In this document: piece by piece, positions 61,501-64,000 of the stretch
How positions within the stretch are numbered: position 1 is the stretch's first letter
Layout of the letters: each line of letters opens with the position of its first letter
NCBI GenBank assembly: GCA_013265495.1
Contig: MU057947.1
Location: 1,188,048 to 1,252,047, forward strand
DNA from: Vicugna vicugna
Lineage: Eukaryota
DNA: 64,000 nucleotides
Reading direction: 5' to 3'
Made by a program: the position numbers and the translations under genes
The notes under the pieces: generated by a model
What the model saw: the letters and a program-made list of their open reading frames with translations, nothing else
Databases searched by the model: none
What the model was told of the DNA's origin: nothing

Positions 61501-64000
61501 AATCTTAGAAAACAAGGAAGCGAAGGTGCATGGTTTACCCTGATGAAAGGTGTAAAGAAAACCCATGCACACATCACGTCAGGGGTGGAATGTCCACAGC
61601 TCCCTGCCAGAGCAAAGGGAAACCAGAGTGTCCTCTTCACCCCGTCTAATACTGTCCTGGAGTTCATGGCCAGTGTGATGGGGGTGGGGGGAAGAAAGAA
61701 AATGTGTAATAACTGGAAAGAAAGAACTAAAACTGCCGTTACTTAGAGACGGCTTGTCTGTCCACACAAAAATCCCAAATACTCATAGTGAAATTAGTAG
61801 ATGTAATGTATCAATTCAGCAATGACACTGAATTCGGTATGACTAAATTTCTTATACTGGCAACAAATGCTGGAAGACACAGCCGCAAGCCTTTGCCACC
61901 CGCAGCAGTGTCAGACTGACGTTGCAGGATGAGGGATGAAGTCCAGAAGCGGGCCTGCAGGGGCCTTGGTCTGATTTAAGGTAGCACTCTGGAGTGGATA
62001 GAAAGAGGGTTTTCCCCCCAATTAATGATTCCGTGTAACCCGCACGTCCCTGTGGGGCAAAGTGAATGCCCTTCAGCACCGCTTCACGCTGTAAGTGAAA
62101 TAAACGCACGCCAGGCGTCGGCCTGAATGTGAGCCGTCAGATAAAAACTGGGGTTTTATTCATCAAGGGCAAGAATCAGAGATCAGACCGTGTTAAATTT
62201 AAGAACTTCTGGCCCTTAAAGGAGACCATCGGGAGGATCAGATGCAAACTGCAGAGCAGAGAAGGTGCCTGTGACGCCGAGGTGCAGGGAAGGCTCCCTC
62301 CAGAATGGCCTCCTCGCTGGCGACCGTCCGTCTGCCGGTTAGCCATCTGTCGTCCATCCGACTGTCTGTGTCTGTCTGTCTGCTCTCACTTGCCTGGAAT
62401 CTTCCTGGTGGGGAGTCAACACAGGTGAGAAGCAACTTCCATTTTTCCCTCAGGTTCTACTTTCCTTAACTGGTGTCCCTGAAGGTGTTAATCCTCGTGA
62501 GAAATAACTCGTGTTTCTGTGAAAGTCACATGTGCTCTTGTAGGCGAGGAGACGTGGCGTCTTTTCCCGCACTTGGAGCATAATGCGGTTAAAGACAGAG
62601 CTTCCACGTGAACCACTGAAAGGAAAAAGGAACCCAGAGGAAGGTTTTAAAAAATTCTTTTTAGTAGAAGTCTGTTGTCCTAAAGCCCTGCCTCTTCTCT
62701 TGTGCTTAATCACCTGATGCCTCATGAACATCTCGGTGAGAAGGCTTCGTGGCTTTAAACAGGCTGAGCCCCCCGCTCTCGGGGACCCCCGGGTGCAGGG
62801 AGTCTGGGCACGGGAAGCAGGTGTGAGGTTCCCCCGGCCCCGCACCCGGCACGCATGGCCCCAGCTGCACACCCGCGTGAGTGCACCGCGATGGGAGGCA
62901 GGCGGGGCTGGGGGGAGGCTGTCCTCACAGAACGAGAATGGAGGAGGCATGGTGTTCCCCAAAGTGGGGGTAACAGCGGAGCCAGTGGGGTGATTTCAGC
63001 AGTGTTTTCAGTTTTAATTGTCTTGAGTTTATTCACATACGTTGGGAAAATGCTTGTATTTCTTTTACAGTGTAAGTTGGGGTTTTAAAAAATAAATTTA
63101 TTGGGGAATTCTGGGCAGCTGAGGCATTGGTACTACATGAATCTGAGCATGTCCCCTCAGTCAGATAAAGAGGCATAAGAAACAAGGCTGTGCAAAACCA
63201 CTGTCCTCAGCATAAACAGAGGGATCACACATCAAAATCCCCGTGATTAGGAAGAGAAGCCCCAGACAGTGGGCTGCTCCCCCCAACCCCGCTCCCGGGC
63301 CTCTGCGGGGAGTGAGTGCACTGCACAGGGCAGAGGGGCCTGGCAGTGGGTCTGAACTTGATGTAAAGCCACCGCAGGAAGAAGAAAGTCACTCAGGATG
63401 AGAATCCAAAGCTTCCTGGTAGATCAAAGTCCTTGCTGCAGAGAAGAGACTTGAAAGTGTGCCCTGGCGGTGAGGAAGTGAGAAAGCCACTTTGAGCGGC
63501 AACGCTCTGGGGGTGGGAAGGGGTTCACAGCAAGGAGAGGAGCCCTGAGAAGAGCAAGGAGCAAAGGGAATCCGGGATCCTGTATGAAAAAAGCCCCAGA
63601 GTGTGCCCTCCTTCCTCCCACGGCCACCTCCACAGAAAGGAAATCCTCCATTCAGGGGGAACCACACTTCTGTACGCTGACAGAAATCAGGAAGGGGTCG
63701 TTTTAAGCTAAGGATCTTATAAACCCCCTTGATCTCCAGCCCTGGCTGCATAGATGCAGAGGCACACACACCTTTGTCTCTGCAGAGCTGCTGTAAGAAG
63801 GAAGAAGAAAGCGGGGCTCCAAACGGTCAGTGGGGACAAGACCATGTGAAGGGGTGAGCGCAGAGATCACGTCCAGAACAAAACGTGTGCTGTCAGACAC
63901 GCTGCGGTGGATAAACTAAAAATGGAAGAGCAGAGAAAGCACAGCAGTGAACAACACAACCACAAATAACAAGGCACACACAATAGCTATGAGGCTCAAA

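Larger units (their letters stand above)
59330..62300 (+). mobile_element. fragmented old L1 (ORF1 and ORF2 remnants), interrupted by a DNA transposon and a SINE
   Basis: A-rich plus strand. CTAGAGTTATCAGATGCA is ORF1-like. AAAGCCACAGCTGATTATTTGAAAAGAT...AATTGATAAATCCCTGG is SWFFEKINKIDKPL-like. AAAATCCTAAGCAGAATATTA is KILNKIL-like (RT). Confidence 0.75.

Noticed and set aside
63090..64000. Possible L1/HAL1 5' region at the window end
   Set aside because: The A-rich character is suggestive, but I could not match diagnostic motifs.
1..64000. Naming the host gene or claiming a novel system
   Set aside because: No exon translates to a protein I recognise, and nothing requires more than known repeat and enhancer biology. 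A genome BLAST is needed.

Overview
This is eukaryotic (mammalian) genomic DNA with no bacterial or phage features. A tRNA-derived SINE at 61296 looks like the camelid vic-1 type. Several cetartiodactyl-type L1 3' ends and ERV1 LTRs are present, and I saw no Alu, B1/B2, Bov-A/BovB or PRE1. Together these point to a camelid (camel/alpaca/llama) genome, which is an inference. The window is a GC- and CpG-rich mosaic of decayed repeats (L1, HAL1, L2, MIR, MaLR/ERVL/ERV1 LTRs, hAT and probably piggyBac fossils), microsatellites and short AT-rich non-repeat islands that look like enhancers. I recognise no protein-coding exon. The ORF track is explained by GC richness, simple repeats and L1 remnants. 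Nearly all L1s and LTRs between ~3.7 and ~54 kb lie on the minus strand, which suggests intron(s) of a large plus-strand gene. The best exon candidate is 32132-32516; I cannot name the gene. I found no convincing novel biological system. The most interesting signals are this candidate exon with a split RE1-like motif beside it, nested or tandem insertions with readable target-site duplications, a MIR-tail-seeded CAT/CAC array with higher-order structure, a possible piggyBac-derived exon trap, and strong local GC conversion of old repeats. Repeat family names come from recalled consensus similarity and need RepeatMasker/Dfam confirmation. Boundaries without a TSD are approximate.
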